Shown one piece after another: positions 1-8,447 of a stretch of 64,000 bases of DNA. This DNA is from a virus. Lineage: Duplodnaviria; Caudoviricetes. Positions within the stretch are counted from its first letter, which is position 1. Each line of letters opens with the position of its first letter. The stretch lies in IMG/VR virus record IMGVR_UViG_2974630879_000001, positions 1-64,000 of that record. One strand, 5' to 3'. The translations under genes were made by a program, and so were the position numbers. Under the pieces are notes generated by a model. It was not told the DNA's origin, searched no databases, and saw nothing but the letters and a program-made list of their open reading frames with translations.

Positions 1-80
1 TGGGCACACGTCACACACCACACAAACTACCCCCCCGGTATGTTCACACTGGTGTACTGACCCTACCCCACACAACTACT

Positions 81-100
81 GATGCTCCGCATCTTATGGA
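81..100 (+). promoter_or_regulatory. N4-type virion RNA polymerase hairpin promoter, predicted +1 at G98
   Basis: GATGC-TCC-GCATC-TTAT-GGA. The template strand reads TCCATAAGATGCGGAGCATC: 5-bp stem, C-GGA-G triloop, loop centre exactly 11 nt upstream of GG. This matches the N4 vRNAP promoter geometry. Confidence 0.85.
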
Positions 101-133
101 TTCATTCCTTATATCTAACCTGGAGACATATAC

Positions 134-454
134 ATGGCTACTCAAGCTAATACTCGCGTCACTCTCGCTGCCATCCTTGGCACTGTGACAACGGCTACCT
201 CTACCGTTACCAATACTTTCGATGCCCTCAACAAGGGTATCGGTATGCTCAATACCACTGTCAATGATGCTGCCTTCCGTCAGGAAAAGCGCTCCAAGAT
301 TGATCGTCATCTCTACGTCAATAACCTCATCCGTGATACTGCTCAACAGGAAGCTGAAGCTACTCTCCGTAGTGAAGAATTCCTCAAGTCCAATCCTGCT
401 GCTGCACCTCACTTCAAGGCTTCGTTCGACGAACTGTCCGAACTCCTGAAGTAA
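134..454 (+). CDS. N4 gp1-like early protein
   Basis: First gene after the vRNAP promoter, GGAG RBS, 106 aa; RVTLAAILGTVTTA...GIGMLN resembles N4-like gp1 (recalled). Confidence 0.75.
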   Translation: MATQANTRVTLAAILGTVTTATSTVTNTFDALNKGIGMLNTTVNDAAFRQEKRSKIDRHLYVNNLIRDTAQQEAEATLRSEEFLKSNPAAAPHFKASFDELSELLK

Positions 455-460
455 TCCACT

Positions 461-487
461 GATCCACCCTTCGGGGTGGATCTTTTT
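461..487 (+). terminator. Rho-independent terminator
   Basis: GATCCACCC-TTCG-GGGTGGATC followed by TTTTT. Confidence 0.85.
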
Positions 488-659
488 GTTACTGATAGAC
501 CAATCAGTAGATAGACCACCGTCTATCGATAGTCCTATAGAGATTGGATGAGTGGAGAAGTGACTAGTCACTGTACTAGTCCTACATTCTCCTCAACTCC
601 TACATCCCATCTCTCTAGCATTATCCCCTAAACATTCCCTATATCCTGGAGTCCATCTC

Positions 660-821
660 ATGAACTACATTGGCGACAACATCTGGCATAACGAAGTTGC
701 AACTGATCTCTATCCTGTTGGCTACTACTTCTCCGATGAGACCAATGATCTCAACGGTCCTTATGACAATGATACTGCTGCTGCTATTGCTGCATGCAGT
801 CATGCTGTATCACTCGGCTAA
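660..821 (+). CDS. Small early protein, 53 aa (not in ORF track)
   Basis: GGAG upstream of ATG660; open frame MNYIGDNIW...AVSLG to TAA821. Confidence 0.6.
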   Translation: MNYIGDNIWHNEVATDLYPVGYYFSDETNDLNGPYDNDTAAAIAACSHAVSLG

Positions 822-840
822 GCATAAATAGGAGGTAGAA

Positions 841-1047
841 ATGTCTAACGAACTGAACCATGAGCCTGCTCGTTCCTACGATGTAGGCTGCTACCTCTGG
901 GGTGGCAACTTCAGTCTCACTGGTCCTGAAGCTCGTGTCATACATGAGCTTCTACCTCATCTGAACCAAGAAACGATGGCTCATGCCTTCGAAAACATTC
1001 AACGGTCTTTCGACTTTGATATGGTGTCTGCATTCATCCCAACATAA
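841..1047 (+). CDS. Hypothetical early protein
   Basis: AGGAGG RBS, 68 aa, tiled gene array. Confidence 0.7.
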   Translation: MSNELNHEPARSYDVGCYLWGGNFSLTGPEARVIHELLPHLNQETMAHAFENIQRSFDFDMVSAFIPT

Positions 1048-1062
1048 ATAGGAGATAGCTCA

Positions 1063-1281
1063 ATGGCTGATACTGATTCCAATGCTGATCTCAAGGCAGC
1101 TGCTGAGCTTGCTCTTGATGACCCTAACTGCACTGTTCCCAGTGTTGGTCGAATGATCAGAGAAACTCTCGGTCACAGAGATGTCCGTCAAACCATTGCT
1201 GATGCAATGTGGGCACTTCGCCTTGTCGGTACTACTCGGGCGCTGAATCTGATCACGGCTTACATCAATCGTCCTCGATAA
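1063..1281 (+). CDS. Hypothetical early protein
   Basis: AGGAG RBS, 72 aa. Confidence 0.7.
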   Translation: MADTDSNADLKAAAELALDDPNCTVPSVGRMIRETLGHRDVRQTIADAMWALRLVGTTRALNLITAYINRPR

Positions 1282-1295
1282 ATAGGTGATAGCTC

Positions 1296-1517
1296 ATGAT
1301 CGACATCAGCGTCTCCCTTCCCAAGAAGTGCTTCAACTATTCCTTGGGCCAAGGCCCATTTGAAGTCAACTTACACGTCAGCTATGACGTTGTTGGCGCT
1401 GTCCATGGCAAGGAAGGATTGGTCGTTGTGCTCACAACTGACCATCGAATTCTGGTGCCGTGGATCTATCTCAAGGCTTGGGCCAAGGTGTTGGCTCATC
1501 TAATCAGGTATTACTGA
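1296..1517 (+). CDS. Hypothetical early protein
   Basis: AGGTG RBS, 73 aa. Confidence 0.65.
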   Translation: MIDISVSLPKKCFNYSLGQGPFEVNLHVSYDVVGAVHGKEGLVVVLTTDHRILVPWIYLKAWAKVLAHLIRYY

Positions 1518-1518
1518 T

Positions 1519-1671
1519 ATGGCTAAGACCATGCTCATCTGTGGCACTGTGCTGGCTATTGCTGGCACTCACTTCGATCACATAGACCTGTATAGGACAG
1601 GTCTTGTAGTGATTGGAATTGCCCTCTTCCGTGACCTCGTTAACTATCTGGATCGTCGTCCCAATGTCTAA
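1519..1671 (+). CDS. Small hydrophobic early protein, 50 aa (not in ORF track)
   Basis: ATG1519 just after the upstream stop; MAKTMLICGTVLAIAG...; stop overlaps the next start. Confidence 0.55.
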   Translation: MAKTMLICGTVLAIAGTHFDHIDLYRTGLVVIGIALFRDLVNYLDRRPNV

Positions 1672-1858
1672 CCGTCTCGACCGTTCGCTGGGCGTCAAGC
1701 CCGTGGAGTATCACCCGATTTCCAAGAAGGCTGCTCCGCAGCCTAAGGGATTCACCCTCAAGGTGAAGACCGTGATCATGGTCATGCTGATCGCAATCAC
1801 TGCTGCTGCCCTGTATCAGTCCTCTGGCTGTGTGCAGGGTGTTCGCTGCACTGATTGA
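1664..1858 (+). CDS. Small early protein with C-terminal hydrophobic segment
   Basis: ATG1664 in the frame of ORF 1613-1858; VIMVMLIAITAAALY is TM-like. Confidence 0.6.
   Translation: MSNRLDRSLGVKPVEYHPISKKAAPQPKGFTLKVKTVIMVMLIAITAAALYQSSGCVQGVRCTD
1728..1749 (+). promoter_or_regulatory. Second N4-type vRNAP hairpin promoter, predicted +1 at G1747
   Basis: AGGCTGC-TCC-GCAGCCT-AA-GGG: 7-bp stem, template loop C-GGA-G, loop centre 11 nt before GG; upstream of the gp2-like gene. Confidence 0.75.
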
Positions 1859-2001
1859 TGTTCAACTTTTAAGTCAACTTTCAACTACCTTCTAGAGTTA
1901 AATAGGAGGTAGGTGTAGGACAGCTCATCCACAGCTGATTGCTTTTTGTGGGTATTCACCCGTCAACAATCCCTTTCAAAATCAACTCAATAGGTATCAA
2001 T

Positions 2002-2445
2002 ATGTCCGCTCAGATCTCCGACTTCGAACGCACCTTCGGCAAGAAGGATGCAACCACCGAAGAATCCAAGTCCACCGTCACCACGTCCAATGATCGTCAG
2101 CTCAAGCCGAAGGCACAGCTGTGGATCAACGTGGGCTACGAGGTGGATTCCCACGACAAGGATGGCAACGCCGTCACCGAATTCATCAGCCTGCCGACTG
2201 GTATCCCTGTCGATACCATGGACAAGCTGCCGGCCAACCAGCGTGATGCCTACTTCCAGAAGAAGCAGCAGGCGTCCAACAAGTTGCTCGATACCGTCAT
2301 CGCCATGGGCAAGACCTTGCAGCCTGGCGAGGAGAAGGTCATCGGTGCACGTGGCAGCTTGCAGATCCAGGTCCGCCGTGTGAAGGCTGAGGCCGAGATC
2401 GTGGATGAAGGCCAGAACAGCCTGATCGTCGATCTGGTGCTGTAA
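2002..2445 (+). CDS. N4 gp2-like ssDNA-binding activator of RNAP II (middle transcription)
   Basis: KPKAQLWINVGY, FISLPTGIPVD and QIQVRRVKAE motifs typical of N4 gp2; early position. Confidence 0.8.
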   Translation: MSAQISDFERTFGKKDATTEESKSTVTTSNDRQLKPKAQLWINVGYEVDSHDKDGNAVTEFISLPTGIPVDTMDKLPANQRDAYFQKKQQASNKLLDTVIAMGKTLQPGEEKVIGARGSLQIQVRRVKAEAEIVDEGQNSLIVDLVL

Positions 2446-2457
2446 CAAATCCCCTCA

Positions 2458-2485
2458 GAGGGCCAACTTCGGTTGGCTCTCTTTT
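2458..2485 (+). terminator. Rho-independent terminator
   Basis: GAGGGCCAAC-TTCG-GTTGGCTCTC-TTTT. Confidence 0.85.
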
Positions 2486-2510
2486 AACTCAACAGAGAGA
2501 CTCTCGAACC

Positions 2511-2627
2511 ATGATGACCAAAGTTCCTGCCAGCTTCTACAAGACCGCTGTGCGTCTGCGTATTGCTGGGCTGTTCAACGTCACCCCGATCTATGGTCAG
2601 AAGCGTAAGCGTCAGACCCGCAAGTAA
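2511..2627 (+). CDS. Small basic protein, 38 aa (not in ORF track)
   Basis: MMTKVPASFYK...QKRKRQTRK lies alone between two terminators. Confidence 0.5.
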   Translation: MMTKVPASFYKTAVRLRIAGLFNVTPIYGQKRKRQTRK

Positions 2628-2633
2628 TACATG

Positions 2634-2664
2634 AGAGGACTCTTCGGAGTCCTCTTTCTTTTTT
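2634..2664 (+). terminator. Rho-independent terminator
   Basis: AGAGGACTC-TTCG-GAGTCCTCT followed by a T-run. Confidence 0.85.
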
Positions 2665-2755
2665 CAACTCACCTAAACCCTAAAAGTAGGATTTAGAGCT
2701 ATGTTGGTAGAAAGATACCTATGTGCTTACCCTCAACCAATTCAAGGTGAATAGG

Positions 2756-3154
2756 ATGAAGAAATATACTACTCAACAAGTCATATGGCTTAAAGAGATG
2801 CTGGAATTGCTCATAAGAGCAAAACATTTCGTTAACGCTGAAGATTACATGTTATTCCCTAATGAAAGTTTGCGCCGTGGTCTATGCGGAGCAATCTGGG
2901 AAGCCAGTAAAAGAAGTGATGGAGTTGTAAATCATCTTGATTATGCAATTCATCAACGCTTAAAAGGTTTAATTCGTAGATCATTAAAACTTGGCGTATG
3001 GTTTGATGATGCTTTAGACGAATTAAACCCTGGCGTGTCATTCAGTCGGAGTGACTATGCCAAATATCGTCATCAATGGATTGATCAATTAATCCGTGAT
3101 ATGAAGGCTGCAATCAAATACTCTGAAAAGTGTGATCATGAAAAAGATCACTGA
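2756..3154 (+). CDS. Hypothetical protein (AT-rich)
   Basis: Open frame from ATG2756, overlaps the next gene. Confidence 0.6.
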   Translation: MKKYTTQQVIWLKEMLELLIRAKHFVNAEDYMLFPNESLRRGLCGAIWEASKRSDGVVNHLDYAIHQRLKGLIRRSLKLGVWFDDALDELNPGVSFSRSDYAKYRHQWIDQLIRDMKAAIKYSEKCDHEKDH

Positions 3155-3341
3155 TGTAGCTGAAACCTTATCAGGTCTACGTCCTGATGCTGTCATCATT
3201 GATGACTTCATTCCACTTGAACAACGTGTTATTCAACAGTTGTTTGAAAGAAATATACCAACTCTGGACATTGTTGAGTCCTTCAACAAACACCGTCCTG
3301 ACCGTCCGTACGGCAAAAAACATCGCAGGAAATTCAAATGA
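3138..3341 (+). CDS. Hypothetical protein
   Basis: Tiled ORF; stop overlaps the next ATG (ATGA). Confidence 0.6.
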   Translation: MKKITDVAETLSGLRPDAVIIDDFIPLEQRVIQQLFERNIPTLDIVESFNKHRPDRPYGKKHRRKFK

Positions 3342-3874
3342 AGCCCAAGATCTACGCTGGCATCGGGAGTCGTGAGACTCCTGATAACGTGCTGGATGCC
3401 ATGTATTCCATTGGCTACAGCATGGCTGAACAAGGCTGGGGTCTGCGCTCAGGTCATGCACCTGGGGCTGACACTGCCTTCGAGAACGGATGCATTGCGG
3501 CCGGTGGCCTGAAGGAGATCTTCGTACCCTGGAAGGGTTTCGAGGGCGCTCCTGGCATGCATCCTGCCTACAGCGTGCCCAAGTTCGATGATCACCTCAT
3601 GGCCATTGCTGCTCGGTTCCACCCTGCGTGGGAGCGCTGCAAGGACGGAGCCAGGAAGCTGCATGCACGGAACGTGTGCCAGCTCATGGGTCGTGATCCT
3701 CGTAACCCACTGATGACCTCGGTCGTCATTGGCTGGACTCGTGGAGCCAAGGGAGAAGGTGGTACTGGGCAAGCCTTCAGGATTGCACGGCATTACAACA
3801 TTCCCATCTTCGATCTCGCTGACCCTGCTCAGTGGGACCACCTCGCTAAGTTTGTGGAGAACTTCAACAAATGA
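3338..3874 (+). CDS. SLOG-superfamily (DprA/Smf-like) nucleotide-binding protein
   Basis: YAGIGSRETP...LRSGHAPGAD...GGTGQA Rossmann-like SLOG motifs. Confidence 0.7.
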   Translation: MKPKIYAGIGSRETPDNVLDAMYSIGYSMAEQGWGLRSGHAPGADTAFENGCIAAGGLKEIFVPWKGFEGAPGMHPAYSVPKFDDHLMAIAARFHPAWERCKDGARKLHARNVCQLMGRDPRNPLMTSVVIGWTRGAKGEGGTGQAFRIARHYNIPIFDLADPAQWDHLAKFVENFNK

Positions 3875-4050
3875 AGTACGTCCTCGCTTTCTTCGCAATC
3901 GTGATGATCATCCTGATCGCATCGTTTGCACCTCAACTCATGCAGCTGGCCTGGGGTCTCCTGGCCTTGCTACTCATCGTCCTCTCTATCCTGGTTCTGA
4001 TCGGGGTAGTGATCATCTTGTGGGTCATCTCACGCACCTTGCGTGGGTGA
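3871..4050 (+). CDS. 59-aa very hydrophobic two-TM membrane protein (not in ORF track)
   Basis: ATGA overlap with the upstream stop, GGAG RBS; MKYVLAFFAIVMIILIASFAPQLMQLAWGLLALLLIVLSILVLIGVVIILWVISRTLRG. Confidence 0.65.
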   Translation: MKYVLAFFAIVMIILIASFAPQLMQLAWGLLALLLIVLSILVLIGVVIILWVISRTLRG

Positions 4051-4097
4051 CTCCTTCAACATGCTAGTATTCGTTTTCGGTTACTAGAGATCACATC

Positions 4098-4589
4098 ATG
4101 CCTGCACCTATTCGATTTACCTATCTCGAAAGAATTCCTCAAACGAGACTCCGCTTCCTTGAGGATCGTCCGAACAAAAAGAAGAGGCGTCAGGCTCTAT
4201 TTTTATGTGACTGTGGTAAACAAGTGGAACGTGACCTCAATTGGGTACGCTTTCTCAACATCACTTCTTGTGGCTGCTTCAAAACTGAGCTGGTCACTGA
4301 GAAGAACACTAAGCATGGTCAAGCATCCCGTCGAGACATGAGCGGTACTTATCGTTCATGGCAAGCAATGCATCAAAGAATTAGGGAGAGTGATTACTAC
4401 AGACACCTCACGGTCTGTGATCGTTGGTCTGGTCCTAATGGTTTTGAAAATTTCTACGCTGATATGGGAGATCGGCCCGAAGGGCTAACTATCGAACGTA
4501 TCGACAATAACTCTGGCTATTCCCCATCCAATTGCAAATGGGCTACTCGACTTGAGCAGGCCAACAACACAAAGGTAACTAACAAATGA
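4098..4589 (+). CDS. HNH-family (homing) endonuclease-like protein
   Basis: CDCG...SCGC Zn motifs; [40 protein letters not shown]-type core. Confidence 0.75.
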   Translation: MPAPIRFTYLERIPQTRLRFLEDRPNKKKRRQALFLCDCGKQVERDLNWVRFLNITSCGCFKTELVTEKNTKHGQASRRDMSGTYRSWQAMHQRIRESDYYRHLTVCDRWSGPNGFENFYADMGDRPEGLTIERIDNNSGYSPSNCKWATRLEQANNTKVTNK

Positions 4590-4990
4590 GCAGGGAGAAA
4601 TGCTTTGTATTTGGTAGTAATGAAGGCGGCATTCATGGCGCTGGTGCAGCTCAAGCTGCATATCGCAAGCATGGTGCTCGCTGGGGCTATGGCTATGGCC
4701 TGCAAGGGACATCCTTCGCCATCCCAACCAAGGAAGCCATCGGCGGTACTGTCGGTAAGACGCTACCGCTGGAGCGTATCAATCAATACGTTCAGGGCTT
4801 TCTTGCGTTTGCTGCTGGCCGTCCTGATCTTCAGTTCCAAGTCACCCGGATTGGCTGCGGGCTTGCTGGTCTGACTGACAGTCAGATTGCACCCATGTTC
4901 AAGGGTGCTCCCAGCAATGTCCTGTTCGATGACGCATGGCGTTATCTGCTGGGCGACAAGTACCACTATTGGGGTACCTTCGATGCCTAA
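4586..4990 (+). CDS. Phage macro-domain-like protein
   Basis: [16 protein letters not shown] and [10 protein letters not shown] Gly-rich loops resemble macro-fold ADP-ribose-binding loops. Confidence 0.55.
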   Translation: MSREKCFVFGSNEGGIHGAGAAQAAYRKHGARWGYGYGLQGTSFAIPTKEAIGGTVGKTLPLERINQYVQGFLAFAAGRPDLQFQVTRIGCGLAGLTDSQIAPMFKGAPSNVLFDDAWRYLLGDKYHYWGTFDA

Positions 4991-5183
4991 GAAAATCATT
5001 CGATTTGTCCAAGCCAGATTGGATCAACTACCAAATCTGAAGCCAGGAGCTATTGTTAGCTTTACGCCTAACATAATCCGAGGTTATATACCCGAAATTA
5101 TCAATGCTTCATTCGACAATTCGGGCTATCTAACACGTTTCGAAACAGAGGAAAGAATTTACGTACAGGTGAAGAATGACTAG
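4983..5183 (+). CDS. Hypothetical protein
   Basis: Tiled ORF from ATG4983. Confidence 0.5.
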   Translation: MPKKIIRFVQARLDQLPNLKPGAIVSFTPNIIRGYIPEIINASFDNSGYLTRFETEERIYVQVKND

Positions 5184-5364
5184 CGAAAAAGTTACCTATG
5201 CTCTTTTCAATCATGCGACTAACAGGATTGTTGTTGACTTTGGCAACAGCGATCGATCGCTTGCTGAGTACATCGAACGATACAAAAAGCAACACGGTAA
5301 AGCGCCCAACGCATTACCGGTCAAGATCACTACCATTACAACAGTCGAATCCCTTCCTAACTAA
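5176..5364 (+). CDS. Hypothetical protein
   Basis: Tiled ORF, 62 aa. Confidence 0.55.
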   Translation: MTSEKVTYALFNHATNRIVVDFGNSDRSLAEYIERYKKQHGKAPNALPVKITTITTVESLPN

Positions 5365-5374
5365 GGTGTTAGCC

Positions 5375-6199
5375 ATGAGCCAAGATGCAACGATGCGTGC
5401 TCATCAACAGAAGCTCGAAGAGCTTTACTCCAAGAACCAGCTGATCCCACGGGTCAAAGCTGAGTTCAACAAACCCATCTTCATTGATCACATGAAGATG
5501 TATAACGTACCTGAAGATTTCGGTCTGAACCTATTGGTTCAAATTGCTCTGCACAAACGTGCTGACCTCAAGACTCTGATCGGTCTGCTCCGTCCATTTG
5601 CTAATCACAATGCACAAGCTGTTGCTGATTTGCTGGATGTCTGTATCAACATTGGGCTGGTCCACTTTGATTCTGATCGTGATCAGTTCATTGTGCGATT
5701 CGAAGTTCCTGAAGAAGTCCAACAGGAATTGGATCGTTTCCAGTTTCCTCTGCCCATGGTGATTGAGCCTCTCAAGGTCAACCACAACATGCAGTCCGGT
5801 TACGTTACCAAGCATGGTTCTATCATCTTGCGTAACAATCATCACAATGACGATGTGTGTCTCGATCACATCAATCGTCTCAACAAGATCCCTTTCAAGA
5901 TCGATGAAACCGTCAGCCGTCTGGTCAAGAACCAGTGGCGTAATCTCGACAAACCTAAGGAAGGTGAGTCGAAGGAAGAGTTCCAAAAGCGTGTTCGTGC
6001 ATTCCAGAAATACGACCGTGTTGCACATGATGTACTTGGGTTGCTGACCCAAGAAGGCAATCAGTTCTATCTGACTCACAAGTACGACAAACGTGGCCGC
6101 ACTTACTGTGTTGGCTATCATGTTAGCTATCAGGGCGCACCTTGGAACAAGGCTGTTATCGCTCTGGTCAACGAAGAAATCACCACTGACGAGGAATAA
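5375..6199 (+). CDS. RNA polymerase II subunit 1 (N4 gp15-like)
   Basis: AAGGTG RBS; LTHKYDKRGRTYCVGYHVSYQG (T7-like DxRGR motif). Confidence 0.9.
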   Translation: MSQDATMRAHQQKLEELYSKNQLIPRVKAEFNKPIFIDHMKMYNVPEDFGLNLLVQIALHKRADLKTLIGLLRPFANHNAQAVADLLDVCINIGLVHFDSDRDQFIVRFEVPEEVQQELDRFQFPLPMVIEPLKVNHNMQSGYVTKHGSIILRNNHHNDDVCLDHINRLNKIPFKIDETVSRLVKNQWRNLDKPKEGESKEEFQKRVRAFQKYDRVAHDVLGLLTQEGNQFYLTHKYDKRGRTYCVGYHVSYQGAPWNKAVIALVNEEITTDEE

Positions 6200-6202
6200 A
6201 TT

Positions 6203-6433
6203 ATGTGCGAGCAATGTGATGAGTTGGGTATCCCTCATGGTTCATCGTTGGGTTTTGGTATCACCAAACAAAACGTGATCATGGCTGTAGTTTTCTGCAA
6301 CGATCAAGTCATTGATAACGTGCCTGTCGGCCCGTGCAATGAAGAAACGTTGCAGCACATGGAAGCCTTTATCAAAGAGACACGTCATACTTTGATGATG
6401 GAATCTGCCGTACCAACCGGCAAGGTCAACTGA
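6203..6433 (+). CDS. Hypothetical protein between the RNAP subunits
   Basis: GAGG RBS, 76 aa, N-terminal CxxC. Confidence 0.6.
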   Translation: MCEQCDELGIPHGSSLGFGITKQNVIMAVVFCNDQVIDNVPVGPCNEETLQHMEAFIKETRHTLMMESAVPTGKVN

Positions 6434-6434
6434 C

Positions 6435-6626
6435 ATGGCAACAGAACGTGTGCACTTTCGTCTCATCGTAATGCCATGCTGTCAGCACATGTTTTGCAAT
6501 GTAAATCCTCGTTGGCCTTCATTTTGTCCTAATTGTGGGAAACATGTTTTCCCTCAAGTACGTGGTGGTGCACTGATCAGTGATGACAGTGCCACCCTCA
6601 AGTACGACGAAACAAAGAAGCCGTAA
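6435..6626 (+). CDS. Small Zn-ribbon-like protein
   Basis: PCCQH...FCPNCGK. Confidence 0.55.
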   Translation: MATERVHFRLIVMPCCQHMFCNVNPRWPSFCPNCGKHVFPQVRGGALISDDSATLKYDETKKP

Positions 6627-6663
6627 TATCTCACTGAATTCTCAAGACGCCTAGGAGCAGAGA

Positions 6664-7890
6664 ATGCAAAAGTTCACCGGTAAGCAGTATCTCCAAATTG
6701 ATCTGGCCAACAACTTTGGCTTGGACAAGAAGACCTGGGACGAACGTCTCAGCTGGTTTGCTGAGAATCAGCACAACATCAATGCTCTCCTGAGCCAAGC
6801 AGATGAACCTGCACTGTTCTTCGCTGGTCTCAAAGCATGGGACTCGTTCCTGCGTAAAGAGCCGTCTGGCTACATGATCTCGCTCGATGCTACATCGTCT
6901 GGCTTGCAGATTCTTGCATGCCTCACTGGTGATCGTGCAGCAGCACAGCTCTGCAATGTGGTGGACTTCAGCGAAGATGCAGTCACCCAGCGTCGTGACG
7001 GTTACACGGTCATCTACGAAGCCATGGTTGAAAACCTCAAGTCCATCGGCGTCTACGCTGGTGGTATTGAACGTGATGACTGTAAGCAGGCCATCATGAC
7101 TGCTCTCTATGGTTCTGAGGCTATGCCGAAGCAGGTGTTCGGCGAAGGCGTACAGCTACGTGTGTTCTATCAGACGATGAAGCAGTTCGCTCCTGGTGCG
7201 TGGGACTTGAATGACTTCTTCCGGCATGGCTGCTGGAATCCAGAAGCCTATTCCAATGACTGGGTGTTGCCTGACAACTTTCATGTCCATGTCAAAGTCA
7301 TGGATACGATCAAAGAGGTCGTACAGTTCCACAACAAGCCTTACGACACGTTCTACCGTGTCAATCAGCCTATGGAAGAAGGTCGCTCAATCGGAGCCAA
7401 CGTGACTCACAGTCTCGATGGCATGATTGTTCGTGAGATGGTGCGTCGTTGTAGTTACGACATGGATCAGGTGATCAAGGTCATCAATGCAATCGATGAT
7501 CCTGAGCTGGACACCGAGTCTGGTCCCAACGCTGAAATGGTTATTAAGCTGTGGGATCACTACGAAAAGTCTGGTTTCCTGAGTGTTCGTATTCTGGATT
7601 ATCTCGACAGGGACACTGTGCATTACGTCAATACTGATGTGATCATGGATCTGATCCATACCCTGCCGAATAAGCCGTTCGAAGTGATCGCTGTGCATGA
7701 CTGCTTCAGGTGCTTGCCTAACTATGGCAATGACCTGCGTCAGCAGTACAACCAGATCCTGAGCGACATCGCACGTTCCAACATGCTGAGCTTCATCTTG
7801 ACCCAGCTCCTGGGTGTACCGACCAAGATCGGCAAGCTGGACTCTGACATGTGGAAGGACGTTCTGCACGCCGAGTACGCATTGTCCTGA
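6664..7890 (+). CDS. RNA polymerase II subunit 2 (N4 gp16-like)
   Basis: Motif A SLDATSSGLQ, motif B RDDCKQAIMTALYG, motif C VHDCF; AGGAG RBS. Confidence 0.92.
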   Translation: MQKFTGKQYLQIDLANNFGLDKKTWDERLSWFAENQHNINALLSQADEPALFFAGLKAWDSFLRKEPSGYMISLDATSSGLQILACLTGDRAAAQLCNVVDFSEDAVTQRRDGYTVIYEAMVENLKSIGVYAGGIERDDCKQAIMTALYGSEAMPKQVFGEGVQLRVFYQTMKQFAPGAWDLNDFFRHGCWNPEAYSNDWVLPDNFHVHVKVMDTIKEVVQFHNKPYDTFYRVNQPMEEGRSIGANVTHSLDGMIVREMVRRCSYDMDQVIKVINAIDDPELDTESGPNAEMVIKLWDHYEKSGFLSVRILDYLDRDTVHYVNTDVIMDLIHTLPNKPFEVIAVHDCFRCLPNYGNDLRQQYNQILSDIARSNMLSFILTQLLGVPTKIGKLDSDMWKDVLHAEYALS

Positions 7891-7949
7891 TAATCTATAT
7901 GGGGGCTACCATTCCGGTAGCCCCCAATTCTGATCAGAAAGGATAGACA

Positions 7950-8378
7950 ATGAATCACCAGCGCCTGCGCTACAACTTCTTCATCAATACCCTGGGTCGC
8001 AAGATCTACGTCGTGCCTGAAGGCAAGACCGGCGGTCCGAATTCCCGTCCAATCGGCGATTTCAAGCTGGAACAAGGCGATCAACGCCCGTTCAAGGAAT
8101 ACCGCGAAGAGCTGCTGGCCGAGCTGGAAGTTGCTCTCCAGAGCATTCCGGATCAGGACTACTCGACCTACACCATCAAGATTCTGTCTTGGGAAGACGA
8201 GGAAGAAGAGATTCTGCCGACCAATCCGGTCGATGAAGTTCCTCGTGAATCCCAGCTCAAGCCTGCTCCGACCACTCCTGTGGGCCAGGAACAGCTGGAA
8301 CATGAGCAAGAACAGGAACAGGAAGAGACTCTGCCTGATACTGACGAACAAGACGACGACGACATCGATCACCAGTAA
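7950..8378 (+). CDS. Acidic hypothetical protein with EQ/D-rich tail
   Basis: AAGGA RBS; EQEQEQEE and DDDD tracts. Confidence 0.7.
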   Translation: MNHQRLRYNFFINTLGRKIYVVPEGKTGGPNSRPIGDFKLEQGDQRPFKEYREELLAELEVALQSIPDQDYSTYTIKILSWEDEEEEILPTNPVDEVPRESQLKPAPTTPVGQEQLEHEQEQEQEETLPDTDEQDDDDIDHQ

Positions 8379-8398
8379 TTGCAAGACGGGTTATCATA

Positions 8399-8424
8399 AG
8401 GGGCCGCCATAGTGCGGCCCCTTT
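8399..8424 (+). terminator. Putative terminator
   Basis: AGGGGCCGC-CATAGT-GCGGCCCCT-TT. Confidence 0.6.
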
Positions 8425-8447
8425 GTCAATCTCCGTAGGAAAGTCCA

